DNA of 55,272 nt, filler included, from Blastocystis sp. subtype 4 (lineage: Eukaryota): the NCBI RefSeq assembly GCF_000743755.1. It is 2 parts of 2 records of this genome, joined end to end, with 100 filler letters (N's around TTAATTAATTAA, not from the genome) between each part and the next. Parts side by side here need not be neighbours in the genome. Positions count along the whole stretch, not along the records: positions 1 to 27,577 come from NW_014569407.1; 1 more part is not named here. The stretch is one strand, 5' to 3'. The notes under the pieces are model-generated. The model had not been told where the DNA came from, made no database searches, and worked only from the letters and a program-made list of their open reading frames with translations. The stretch's first letter is position 1. Every line of letters starts with the position of its first letter. Positions 1 to 12,800 of the stretch are shown here, piece after piece. The position numbers were made by a program, and so were the translations under genes.

Positions 1-390
1 TCCATCTACAATGGCAGACACTTCAGTCCAATCAGCTTGAGGTGCGTTCAGAGAAAACTGCCATGCAGTCAAGGGAGTAATTGGAGCATAAAGAGAAAGA
101 GGTATTGACTCTTGGAAAGTAGCAGTCATTCTTCCATTGAATACACTGACTCCATAGTCATTTCTGACATCAACCATGGAACCTTCATCCCAAGAATCAG
201 AAATAGAATCACGCAAAACAAGCGTGTATTGGTCATTCAAAGTCTTTTCAATACATCCATCTAGAACTTGAACTTGGTTAGGTCGGAAGTTTCGGAACAT
301 AAGGGTAGTCACCCCATCACCACGGACACGCACTTCCTCTTCATCAGAATATGTTTTTGATGTCTTGGTAATGTAAACATGGTGTTGATC
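1..390. repeat. Inverted repeat arm matching 27188-27577
   Basis: Reverse complement of 1-390 is colinear without indels with 27188-27577; long identical blocks are interrupted by short divergent patches. Confidence 0.95.
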
Positions 391-486
391 TACTGTACAC
401 TCAACTGCCGTAGAAACAACAAATACTAATAATTATAGAATGGTAAAAGGATTACAAATAGCGAGAACTGATAACAGATTCTTCAT
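1..486 (-). CDS. Secreted/surface protein family member, 5' part (copy A; runs off window/contig start)
   Basis: ATG at 486, signal-peptide-like MKNLLSVLAILFVVSTAVEC after removing 30-nt GT-AG intron 426-455; open frame continues to base 1 (..YTLVLRDSISDSWDEGS..WTEVSAIVDG); paralog at 27091-27577. Confidence 0.8.
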
Positions 487-785
487 AAGATTTATTTGAT
501 AGATTAGTCTTTCAACGGATCATTGGTTGAATTCAACGGAATTAACCGTCCAACGTAACAGTTTTGCTCAGTGTATTTCCGATTAATTTAGGATTGTATT
601 TTGCTGATTTCTTTGTTTTGGATAATGCGGATCTATTGCATAGAGAAGTATATCTCTTTTGCAGTGAATTATGAACAGGAGGACTTAAGTACTAGGATAG
701 GCACAATGAAAAGTACCTAAAAGGGAGAACATAAATAAGTTATCATCTGCGAATTCAGTTCATTTTCAAATCTGTAACAAACACC

Positions 786-2593
786 TTACAATAACATATG
801 ACTCTTTTGAATTAACTTATCTTTCCGTGATAACAACCAATCCGTGAGTTTCTTCTTCCTTTCCATCACATCGGTAATTGTCAAAAATGGACTCACCACA
901 ATCTGATATTAAGAAGTCTTAGTTAGTAGTAATAGAAAGGATATAATGTACACTGAAGAATCTCGTTTGGTGGCATGAAAGACTTGATTTGAAGTTGATT
1001 CATAATACTCCGTTGTCTACGGAATCAATAATACAAACCACCCACATTGTTCTCACTCATATAACTAAAGATCATTTGATATTTAATTAATAATCTATGG
1101 CTCATTTCTATTCCAATTCCCCTACTTATGATAATCACGATAATCATAAATGCGTTCATCCAGTCGAGGTAGAATAATTTGGCTGTTATCGTTCTTGTAA
1201 GCAAAATGGATCAAATTTTCCACTCCAGTATCTGCAATTCAAACATTTCCAGTAATAGCGTACCAACAACCGAAAATGATTCATTATAAAGCGAATACAA
1301 CTCAATCAAACGATCTGACTCCAACAGAATCTGATCATGAACGATACAGCAAATACTTACATTATAAATCCTATCTTTCAATTCACTATACTGAGTGAAT
1401 GTATCCGGATCCATTGCTGTGGTGACAAAGAACACATACATTTCATCTGTAACGAATCCCACATATAAGTGGAGAAATGCATTATCTCGAACATCTGTGA
1501 TGCATACAGGCAACCATCCTTCTGATGTACGATAAGCAACAGTTTTGGTAATCATCGTTTGGAGAAGAACTTGATCTATGTATAATCCATTTCAATCGAT
1601 TCAACTCATGGGTTGAAGAGGATAAGATTTGTTCTGAAGACAAACCACAATATGTTCGTTGATCCCAAGTCCACAATACCTATCTCTGAATATCAATCTA
1701 ATTCCATACACTGTATCGTCTCGCTTGTTACGAAGGAAGATATCACGAATATTGGAGCGAGTTAATGGAGACATCATGACAGGTTGATAACAGCATAGTG
1801 AATAACAGAGACTAATATCAAACTGTTCTATCAGAGTCGTTAACACGCCTGCAGAATCTGTGAATGAATTCCTTTCACTAGGATCACTTCCTAATAATTC
1901 ACGAATATCATAGTTCTGCTTCTTCTGTAAACGATCCATTGCTGTTGTGGAAAGAAGGATTATCAATTGTTGATACAAAAGATGAAACTGTTCATGAATG
2001 AGTAACACTGTTGTTCCTTCTTTGGGTGTATAACAGAAGAACAGTAGTGATGTAATCCATTCAATGACAAAGAAACCATCTTCCGTTTCTATTGACCTAG
2101 TTATAAGAAGCAAAACGAAATCTCAACTTGATGGTCTCTCCCTTTGCAGAAAAGTTAGCATCAATCGCCTGAATAATGCCAGATATATCTAGATCAGCAA
2201 ATAGAGGAAATTACATACGAGCAAGATCATCCTCATTGTAACCATAACTGTATACAGGTTTTCCTGCAGGTGTTAAAATGATTATCTGTTTCTTTGTGTT
2301 GATGAACTGCTTGGCTTTCTCTTGCAAAACCTCTTCCATATGACATCCAATAAGTCCATTCGATACAAACTCTTGAGATCGTCTTTCCGGATCTGCAATT
2401 TTCACTATTCCATTAGCATGGACAGAAACACAATTCTACTTGCACGACTCGGGGATATATCCTTGGATTTTGTAAGTACATTCTTGTCCATTCTTTGGGA
2501 ATCACTCTCACTCGTATGCCTAGAAATCAAACCATCCAGAGTTGAATCCCACGAATCCATTATTTGGTTTGTATCTTCATTTACAATCTCCAT
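786..2593 (-). CDS. MON1: Vacuolar fusion protein MON1/SAND family (multi-exon)
   Basis: KQIIILTPAGKPVYSYGYNEDDL matches the first longin motif of Mon1; last exon ..KLTDWLLSRKDKLIQKSHMLL-TAA (788-786) is followed by GG-TGTTTGTT. Confidence 0.75.
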
Positions 2594-2715
2594 TTCGAAC
2601 AGAAAGAAAGATAAGTTAATGATATGTGTGGAATAGCCATTCTCTGATTGGATTTGTCAGATTTTGATGTGAACAGAAAGAATGTAGGTATTGTATACAT
2701 CATGCCTATAAATAA

Positions 2716-2819
2716 AAGAACAGCATTGAGACTTCTCAGCGGGTCCCCCACACTGGTACTAACTCAACTCGTAATGACTTAGCTTCCTAGATCAGACGGG
2801 TTAGGGCGCTACCGTTCTT
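2716..2819 (-). rRNA. 5S rRNA gene copy with internal ~14-nt deletion (variant or pseudogene)
   Basis: Minus strand AAGAACGGT-AGCGCCCTAACCCGTCTGATCTAGGAAGCTAAGTCATTACGAGTTGAGTTAGTACCAGTGTGGGGGACCCGCTGAGAAGTCTCAATGCTGTTC-TTTT aligns with the eukaryotic 5S consensus; helix I ends pair; T4 Pol III terminator. Confidence 0.85.
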
Positions 2820-2897
2820 GTTTTCTTTCTTTCACTAACCCTTTTCAATAACACATTCTTATCCTCACATTACTTCATACTAAATACATTGTTTTGT

Positions 2898-2905
2898 CAC
2901 AAACA
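2898..2905 (-). promoter_or_regulatory. GU-rich polyadenylation element (TGTTTGTG) of the LRR gene
   Basis: 4 nt downstream of in-frame T2910. Confidence 0.7.
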
Positions 2906-2909
2906 AGTA

Positions 2910-5900
2910 ACACCTCCTCACATTGGATACTATTTCCACAGAACTGATGATACAGTCCTTCACTAATGTTTGCGTACTTGATATCCCGGAGACTTGACAA
3001 TGCAGTACCTTCATAGTCAATTTCATTCAACTTTGGAAGATCTGAACGTCACTCCTCATAGTAATACTCACTCATAAACATCGCTCTGTATGCTTCTCCC
3101 AGAGAACGGTCCGAAATATGGAATGAAGATAGCTCAGGCAAATCTACTTCAAAACAGAGATCAAAAACTTACTGTTCAGAGTTATATTAACAGCATGAAC
3201 AACATTCTCGATTCCAAGATAAACTGAAGATAACTGAGGTAAGTCTGCAATGGTAAAAAAAAGACATATTTGGCTACCAGTAAAAATCAGGCTTCGTAAG
3301 ACTAAGAGACTGCCACTATGAAAAGGCTCTGAATGACCATCGTCAACCACAACAGAAGTGAGAGAAGGTAACTGAGAGATATCAAATGTAACCACTTGGG
3401 CACAAGCACAGGAATGGAAATGAATAGTTGTGAGATAAGGAAGATCTATGGAATGAGAGTACAAATGTGAACAGGACCAACTACGGTGAGGTGGTACAAA
3501 TAGTAGAATGTCTCATTCTCAAACTCTAATTCAGTCCATGGTTGTTCTATAATCAGTATGAAATGATATGATCACTTGTGATTGTGAGTGATGTCATTGA
3601 ACTAATAGACTTTGCTAGATATGTGAAATTTGTGTGTGAAGGAGTATTGTTGAATACTAATGAACCATGGAATCGCCATGATGAAACATAAAACTCTTGT
3701 AATTTTGGAAGATCTAAAATATGAGATTATTCTGTAATTCTACTTATGAAAGAGAGGATATCAACATTTCTCAAAGCAGATGGACTGACTTTGAATGTAG
3801 TTAGTGAAGGTAAGTCTATTAGTTCATCTTACTCCCTCTCACACACCTCTGAACTCCATAGTCTCCACATTTGATAGTACGTTATCCCCCAAAACTAGTT
3901 CTGTCAAAGCATCCACATCTATCATTCATTCACTCCTTCATTCCTCACTCTCCAAATGAAGACCCGAGAGTTTATCGTATCCTCCACCCAGGACCAACTT
4001 CTCCAAACTTGATGCATCTACGCATCACTTCCTTCTCTCATACTTACTCGCAACTGTCAATTCTCGTATCTCACCTTCTCCAGTTCCGTTAATAGTCAAT
4101 TCTTTCAAAGATGGCAGATTTGAGAATACATAGTAATCATTACCTAACAAGGCTTGTCCTAATAACTGAATTGACTCTAATAATGGCATGTCTATCAAAG
4201 AATCACTATACATATCAAATTACCTTTAATAATCATTTTGCCAAAATTTGATGGGTTATTTGCAATTCCAGAAGATGAAGGTAATCCAACAATGGATTTG
4301 AGAGAAGGAAGAGAACTAATCACAGCATCACGAGCTCGTACAAGTGATTGATCACTCAAAACAATGGACTTTAGATTTTTCAAATCTACAATCAGACTAA
4401 TTAGTGATAAATACTTGTGATATTGAGAGAGAGAGGGTTATTCAACTGACCTCCTGAAAGATCAATCACTTCTAACTGATCCAGATTGGTCAATTTGAAT
4501 GTTCCCAAGAAGTTGTATCTTGAATTATTGAAGCTAGTGAATGATGTGAATGATGGTAGATCTGAAAATCAGTTCAGTGATTCTTGATTACCATGCATAT
4601 ACAAACTACTTTCATAGAATGCACTATCTTCTGTTACAAGAGTGGTGAATTTTGGAAGGTCTAAAATCATGATGATTTTTGTCATTCCCAACTTGCTAAC
4701 TCTAATGTAACAACATGAGACATGGCATAATATCCAGCTATGATACTAGTGAATTCAGGGAGCTGTTCCAGATTCAAAGTGGTTAACTCAACTAGACAGT
4801 GCTCTCCACCTCGCAAAGTCTTCAGAGCAGGGAAGTCACGAAGAGTAAGTTCAGTGAGTCTGTAGAATGATGTGGGTCCAAAGTACAGATCGGTTAAACC
4901 ATACAACTCTACTCATTACTCTCGACATACAGCATCACGAGTTAAACTCAGTTGTGTACAGAATGGGAACACTTTGCTTTGGAAGTCAAGATGATTCATT
5001 AATGGAAGATCTGATAGGAACACGCCACTACAAACATACTTTGAATGGTCACAGAGACAGCTTGGCCAAACGCACAACCACTCAGATCCAAAGTCGTTAA
5101 TTTGGTAAAATCTGACAATCATTCTTTCATTCTGATTCTACGTGCTATTGAAAGTGATTCAACTTCTCCCAGGGTGCCATGATTCTCACTTGACTCATCA
5201 CCAGCTCCAATTGAAATTGTTTGGATTTCTGGCACATCTATGATGTCAAAAAAGTCATGAATTTTACTCTCCAAGACAAATATGGAAGCTTTCTTAAAGC
5301 AAGAATGTCCAATAACGAGGGAGCGCAACATAGGAAGATTACGCAGAGAGAGTTCTGTAGCATAGGAGAACGATCCAGAATGAAGTGACAGAGTAGTTAG
5401 TTGATTGAGTTCTGTGAATGAGAAGAGAGAGGAAGAGATACCAGAGAGAGAAAGACTGGTCACAGAAGACAGAGATTCCTCGCCTATCTCAAATGTCTGA
5501 AGATTAGATAAAGATGAGACAGAGAATGATGTGACATTACGAAGAGAAGACGCTCCAATCTGAAGTGACTGAAGATGAGTCAGATCTGCATCTGATTCAT
5601 CTTCATACTCCCTACCTGAAACAGCAAAGGATGTCAATCCATTCAACATATGATCTCCGATAATCACTCGTTCTAATAAAGGGAATGTAGATAGATCGAG
5701 AGACGTAGTCAGAACAAATGATTCGTTTCCTCCCATCATAATTAGTTCAGTTAATTGAGGGAGATCTAATAAATGATCAACACAACCTTAACGTACTCTC
5801 TAATACCAGGTTACCATCTCCTCCTATCAAATTATTACCATTGAATTCGATTCGTGTCAAACTACGACAATCTTCATATCATATCATTCATTCAGTAATA

Positions 5901-8626
5901 CTCTTGACAGAAAGGGAATTACCACTTCTGGCAGTATTTCTGCCCAGTACAATCTCTTCCAATAATGGTAAATCTATCTCTTAAAATGGAATTCCAGAAA
6001 TACCCTCGAATCGCATCTTTGGATTCAACACTGCTGCAAATGAGTTATCACCAGTACTAAAGTGTCTGATAGAAGTGGTTAAAAAGGGATCGAGCAGAGT
6101 TGCATTAACAAATGATCCGTCACCTACACGGAACACTTCTAACAATGGACCTTGAGGTAAGAGAGGGAAGAAATGATACTGTCACCAAGAGAGAATGACG
6201 TAACATCTGAGAAGGAATTGGATCCAACAATGAAACGCTTAACTCCATTGAGAGTAAATGTAGTAGTGATTCCACCAACATTATCTCCAATCACAACACT
6301 TTGAATTGAAGTAGGATTGGTTATACTGAAGTCCTCACATACTGAAAACGTATTGTTCCCTAACTGAAGAGATGACAAAGACTCTCCGTGAGATAGAATG
6401 AACTTGGTAGCTGAAGAGAATGATTCATCACTGATATAGACTGAGAGAGGTGCATAACTTGGAGTATTGTCTATCAGTAACTGCTTGGATTCAATGAATG
6501 ATCGAGATCCAATCTGAACTCGATTTAATATTCCTTCTACAAATCATCGTAGAACGATTCACTCACTCAGTACTACATCAGACACTTTTTTAAACGAATC
6601 ACTTCCAATCACTACCTCATTCAGTACAGGGAAACTCATTGATCGAATGTTCTGGAAACATGAGTCTCCCACTATCAATGAATTCAATCCATCCATGCCA
6701 GATAACGTGAATGTTAACACATTCTGGAAGGTTCCTGGAATGTTTTCCTGACCAATCACAAGCCGAGATGCATTGACATTCACCAACTCCACAGTCAGAA
6801 TGTCAGTACCAATCTCCCCAGTAAATTGGACACTGCCGACATGAGGAAGATTCTGAAGTGAGACTGACGGAGTGGACCCAATTTCAGAATTAACGAGGAA
6901 GTACTTGAGATTCGATGTGTCTAGTGATTATCATTATAACAATCAAGAATCACTGGTCACTTGAATCGATTGCAGATCAGGGAATGTGGCTTCATGAATA
7001 TTAACAATCTCCAACCGCGGGAAATTCTGGATTTCAAGGGATGATAAACGCTCCATAGCACCTTTCTCAATAGTAATGGATTGGAGAATCGCCATGTCTT
7101 CAGTAGTGAACGAGGACACGAGAGGTAAGCTATTCTGTTTGGCCATGAATTCTGTTAAGGCAGAGAGATCTAGGATGAGAGAGAATGGGAATAGCAACGT
7201 GATAGTGTGAGTTTGTGGAGATTAGGCAAGGCAGACGGCAAAACCACAAAGCGAGAGAGAACACTATCATTTGAATACTCAACAGAGACAAGAGAAGGGA
7301 ACCGTTCAGATGTGATGACATACTCAGTCAGATTCAGATTACTGAAGGAGAGATCTTGAATTTGAGTAAGAGAGGTGAATTCAATGAACAAGTAGGAGAG
7401 TTGTGGCATATTGTGGAACTGGGCTGCTGTTGCATTCAAATAATTATAACCTCGGAATTCTATACTGTGCAAATGTTGGGCTATTTTTGACAATCCATAA
7501 AAACACATACAATTTAACATAGACGAAAAATCAGCTCCAGTTTCAAAAGCATGAGCCGAAAACTCAATCGACTCCAGAGACGATGAATCTGTCACCTCGA
7601 ATTGAGGTGCCGAAGCGAAAGCATATTCACCAAAGTACAGAGAGGTAGTCGAAGAGAGAGACATAGTAACAGACTTAACTTCCTGGAAACAAGAATTGCC
7701 AATATGAATTGATTGGGCACCATTCTCTAACTATGATGAACAAATATTATATCAACCAAACACAACCTTCGATGCATATCTGAAGGAATTATCTCCAATA
7801 ACAAGAGAAGTGAATGAAGGAGTAGCGATAGCAAGATCCGAGCGCAAGAACGAATTCTTGCCGATTTCAATACGTTCGAATGAATCAGTTGCTAAACTAA
7901 TAAGAAGAACAGAGTGTTCATACAGTTAATCGTGAAATCGGGAATGAGAGGGAAACTATTGGAACCAACCACAAAAGAAAGAAGATTTGTATTCTCAGAA
8001 CGAAGGAAGGAAGTAAGAGAAGCAAAACAACGATCACCTATAGAAATGGATTTCAGACTATGTCCTAGAATCTAATGAAAGAAACGATACTACCAAGAAT
8101 CAATAGTTTCTCTACATTATTAAAAGTGTCGTTCGGGATATCAAGGGATTCCCAAGTCGTAGTATCAACCGTATCGATCGTAAGGTCTACCAATCGTTTA
8201 CAAGTAGCCAGATGTGTCAATTCTTCAGGAGCTACCCATGATCACTGTTAGGATTCAGTACTTCGTGCAACAGATACACCAAAAAGATTACAGGTATTTT
8301 TGGTAAGATTCTTATACAACACGAATACAAGAGCACAAACAGCAATTAGAGATACAATTGCAATGAGCCAAATACAAACAATGTTGTGCTTGCTGTTGAA
8401 ATCGTTCTTTGACTTCTTTTCCCGTTGAGAGTGAGATTTCTTCTCAGAAGTATGACGATGACTCTTTCGGTTCTTGTTCGTCCTCTTCTTCCGATCTCCT
8501 TCTGTTTTTCCCTCAAAATCCTAGAAATAAGCAACAGCCAGAATAGTAGAATCCTACAGTTACTGGTTTAGGAACAACCTCCACGTCCAACAGGGCATCA
8601 GTTTTATTGTTATCACGCGATTCCAT
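2910..8626 (-). CDS. Large type II membrane leucine-rich-repeat (BspA-like) surface protein, many introns
   Basis: ATG 8626 (MESRDNNKTD..), basic tail, TM segment IVCIWLIAIVSLIAVCALVFVLY, then many LPxLxSIxIGxxSF repeats across the ORF fragments; stop predicted from polyadenylation at T2910. Confidence 0.8.
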
Positions 8627-8661
8627 GAGTCTCCGAAACAATTAGTATCGTTGTCACTATA

Positions 8662-9743
8662 ATGAATGTGTTCTCAGAATATCAAGGTGGTTGCATAGAT
8701 TCATTACATGTGGTTACTTTGATCAAAGGAAGTTGAATTCTCTCATATCTGTTAAGGGTAGGTCAGACGCGATCTCTATTGATTGAAGGCTATCACGGGA
8801 CACAGGTAGATTGAATTTGGGTTAAAGTGATTCCTTAGGAATCAAAACAGTTTATTTTCAATATTTCAAATGACAACGGGTAAAGATAACCATGACAATC
8901 AATGAATAGACTAACGTTATCATCATCAGATCCATTCTCTTTAGATGGCCAAATAGTGGCCTCAACGATGGTTACAGATGGTGTCTGTGCAACAGTATAT
9001 TCTGGATTAGAAAATGGAACGGTTTTGGCCAGTCAGATTCAAGGTGATGAGGTAAAGCACTCCACGATTCAGTTCCATCAGAGTTTTCCTGTATCTTCTA
9101 TTTCTGTAGATAAATACTCATCATCCGTACTTCATGTTAATCACATTAATTCATAGTTATCAGTAGCCTATCCCGATGGAAGTGTAATTCAACAATGTAG
9201 TTTTTTCGTGTATCTATTAGCTAGGTTCGGAGAATCAACAAACAAAGTTCTATCCACGTTATGGATGTAAGAGATTGTATTCAATTACCCAATCGGAACA
9301 AATGATCCTATCAACGATTAACTGTACACAATATTCTAATACTGAACCAGTATTAAGTATTCAGTGTTGTCGTCCTTCTGTTTACTTCACATCTCTTGCG
9401 TTGAATCCATATTCACAAGTACTTGTATCATTGTGTCATTCATGATAGAATGAATTGGTGCTTGGCTGTTCGGATGGAGCAGTAGAATCTTATGACTTAC
9501 GGAATCCTTCGTCCTCAGTGACGTCTTATCAGGAGCACAAAGGACAAGTGACAGAAGTGGTTGTGAGTCTGACTGGGATTCTCTCGATATCGATGGATGG
9601 TACTGCAGTGCGGAGGAAAGCAGGAGGAGATTGTGAGAGACTTGTGATTGATCGTTGTCCGTTATGGGAATGCAGTGTAGATGATAAGTCACAGCTAATG
9701 GCAACAGGAGGTCAATCAGGAAGGTTATTTCTTGTTCCATTGT
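8662..9743 (+). CDS. WD40/beta-propeller-like protein (multi-exon)
   Basis: LGCSDGAVESYDLR..HKGQVTEV..LSISMDGT..LMATGGQSGRLFL WD-like repeats; ends TTG-T|CGTA-TGTTTGTT. Confidence 0.65.
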
Positions 9744-9747
9744 CGTA

Positions 9748-9755
9748 TGTTTGTT
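9748..9755 (+). promoter_or_regulatory. TGTTTGTT polyadenylation element (WD40 gene)
   Basis: 4 nt after in-frame T9743; the convergent gene's element is at 9782-9789 (-). Confidence 0.8.
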
Positions 9756-9804
9756 AACTCTATTCATTCATTCACTTATCAAACAAACATTTGAACTAAA
9801 GTCA

Positions 9805-12800
9805 TTATGAAAGTAATAATATTGTGTCTTTTTTTTCTTTTTGTTTCCTTTTCCATACAATGGTAACACATATACACACAATCAATAAACACACAATTGG
9901 TATGATCACAACTATCACTCGAATCACACTCCAATCTACTTGCCATTGAATCCGTTTGATTTGAATCAGTACATCCTTATCGAATTGTTTCTCCAACTCC
10001 TCTCCCAGTCCATTTTTGAGATCTGAAACTTTGATACCAGCAAAGAAGATTGATTGAAGTCGTATTTCCACATAGTACTCCTTCTTACAATACAAATCCT
10101 GAGCAAACACAGTATGATTATGATACACCTCCATATTATTCTCGCTGATATGAGGAAGGGAAGAAATTGTCTTGATTATGATCTCATATGCCTCATCTTG
10201 TTGAGATACTGGTAGATTCGTTAGGACAACCACAAACGATATGATAGCAGAATTCAACGGTATTTTCTCGTTTCCTACAAAGTCAAAAAACCTCCCTATT
10301 TCTACGACAATAATTGATAGGATCAGACCAAACTGCTGTGCCATTTTCTGCAATACACTCTCTTTCAATCACACCTGCTCGGCTATCAGGACAATTCCAT
10401 TCCTCGCTGTCACCTATCCAAAACACAGCATCACCATCTCGACACACAGGTTGCATCACACTCAACAGTCGTATTCCTTGTAACCAGATCTCTTCTCTTC
10501 CTGTTACACGTACTCTCACTGCTGTTAGGCCTCCATAGCCTGTTTCTAGTGGGATGACCACCTTCCTCTCCTTTCCTTCCCATCGGGCCACTACTCGCTC
10601 TCGTCTTCTCACGCTCTTTGCCTCCTCACGCTCTTCCATCACACCAATCACTTCCAGTCCTGTGGAATAGCCACCGGGATCCAACCAAACCTCCAGCGTA
10701 TTCACATATGCCAGAGTATTGTGGAAGCGATATTCAAAATAATCATTATTTTGGGCATGCCAGATTTGAGAGGTTTTTTCATAATAGTTTACAACATAAG
10801 GAATGCTCTCATACTATGACTCAGATTGTCAACATTCTCGTACATCAGTAGAAGCGATAACCGCGGGGAATGGTGATGTCTGACGAATTGATGATGTGTA
10901 GATAAGAAGAAGCGAAAGAGAGAAATCGATAATAGAAGCCGAGTAAGGATGTTTAAGGATTTGAACAGCGATGTAATTGTCACCAAACGTCAGAAGTGAA
11001 GGAGAAATCTCGATACTAAAAATGATTGGATGCATGAATTCTAACAAATGATTGATGGCAATAGGGTGAATGTACGAAGCTTGATGAGAGGAATGATTGA
11101 ATCCAATTGCATGTCTAAACACTTCTATTCCATTCACCCACAAAATTATCCCTTCTCGTGATATAACATGCAGATTACAATGAAGACCTGGATTAGAGAC
11201 TGTAACCTAATTGTAAAAATCGACCCAATTTCTGACTTTCATAATTCGGCGCAAATATAGTACTTCATTCATATCGTAAACAGGGAACTGATTTCGCTTC
11301 AACGACCATGAATCCTTATCTCCCTCACCAATCTGCCATCGCTTCGATACCTCGTCTCCAGACACACGATACTCCCACAGAGAGTCTGTGTTGAGTAACA
11401 TCGAGAAGGCTAGTGAATCCTCACGACAGGGAGAAGAAGGAGTTGAAGTGTAGCTTCCAGAATAGACTAATTCCCGTGAGTCAAGGTACAGCATCAGAGT
11501 GATTGTGAAGTTTTGTGGTCGGTTGGAACTATGATAAAATAATGAAGATTTTTGTACTTGCAGAAAATGATACGATAATTGGAATATCCCGAATCAGTAA
11601 TAAGAATGGTGTTGGTGGAATCTGTAAAGTCTTCTCGATTGAAAATCAGATCATTCTGACGATAAATACGATAAGAAGGCGGATAGAGGGAGATATCATG
11701 AAGAAGAATATGAGAATAGAGAGTAGAAGGAGCTATATGGGTTAGTGAGGAATAACTCAGTGTCAGTGTGAATCACAGTTATCACAGTTATCACAATCAC
11801 TTTACAGTGATCTTCATTTCATTCATAGTCATCACAATCATTCTCACTTCATCATTCACTCTGACTTACATGTAACAGTAATCCTTAACTTCACATTATC
11901 ACTACCACATCGATTCTTCACGGTAATTAAGTAACTATAGACACCTTCTTCTCCAAATACTCCAGTGATCACATATCCCTCATCATTCACTTCGATTCTC
12001 ACTGTATCTGGTAATGAAGGAGTGATTAGTAATGGAAAATGAGGCTGCTGAACATAAACTGGAATAGCAGGAAATGAGACTCCCATCGTAAAATTATAGA
12101 CGGTTCCCACCAAATTGATTTGAGGCCGTTGTACTGTTGCTACAAAGAACCATAGAAAAATGAATCCCACTTGTATCAACTGTTATACACTCTGAATCCC
12201 AAGATGAAGTCTGATAGAATACTGTGTTGTGATACACGTATAGTAATCCATCTTCATCATACCAATTCCAATCACTATATAATCACTTTATGATTATCAA
12301 AAGACTACTTAACACCTTCAATACATACTCGATATTCATTACTAGGAACAATAACCCCCACCTGTTGATAATCACTCACTAATTCATCTAAGATCCATTC
12401 CCCTCTATCTCTCATAACTCTGAATCAATCATACTCTGAGAACACTCGGATACTTCCTTCAGATCCCCATACTTCACCACTCACAATTGTACCATTTTCT
12501 GGTATGTAGAATTCAAGTGTTAATTCTGTTAACACCACACTTGTGACACTCTGAGCAGTGACCGTAATCTTTGTAGCAGCCATTCTAGTAGCTGCAAAAC
12601 CATGGATACATCCAGTACGTGAATCAATTGAGAGATAACGAGGAAGTGTCATAGCCAGATAGAAATAGTAGAAGTCAGTCTCAGAACTTGCTATCAAACT
12701 AAACTCCCGTAGCACTGGAAGAGAGACTGAAGTTACAACTGTTCCATTCAATGTGTAACTAATTTGACTTGGTGATGGAATAACTGTTCAATGATTCATA

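Noticed and set aside
11760..11860. TCACAGTTA short tandem repeats as a CRISPR or mobile element
   Set aside because: Low-complexity repeats without spacers, most likely intronic
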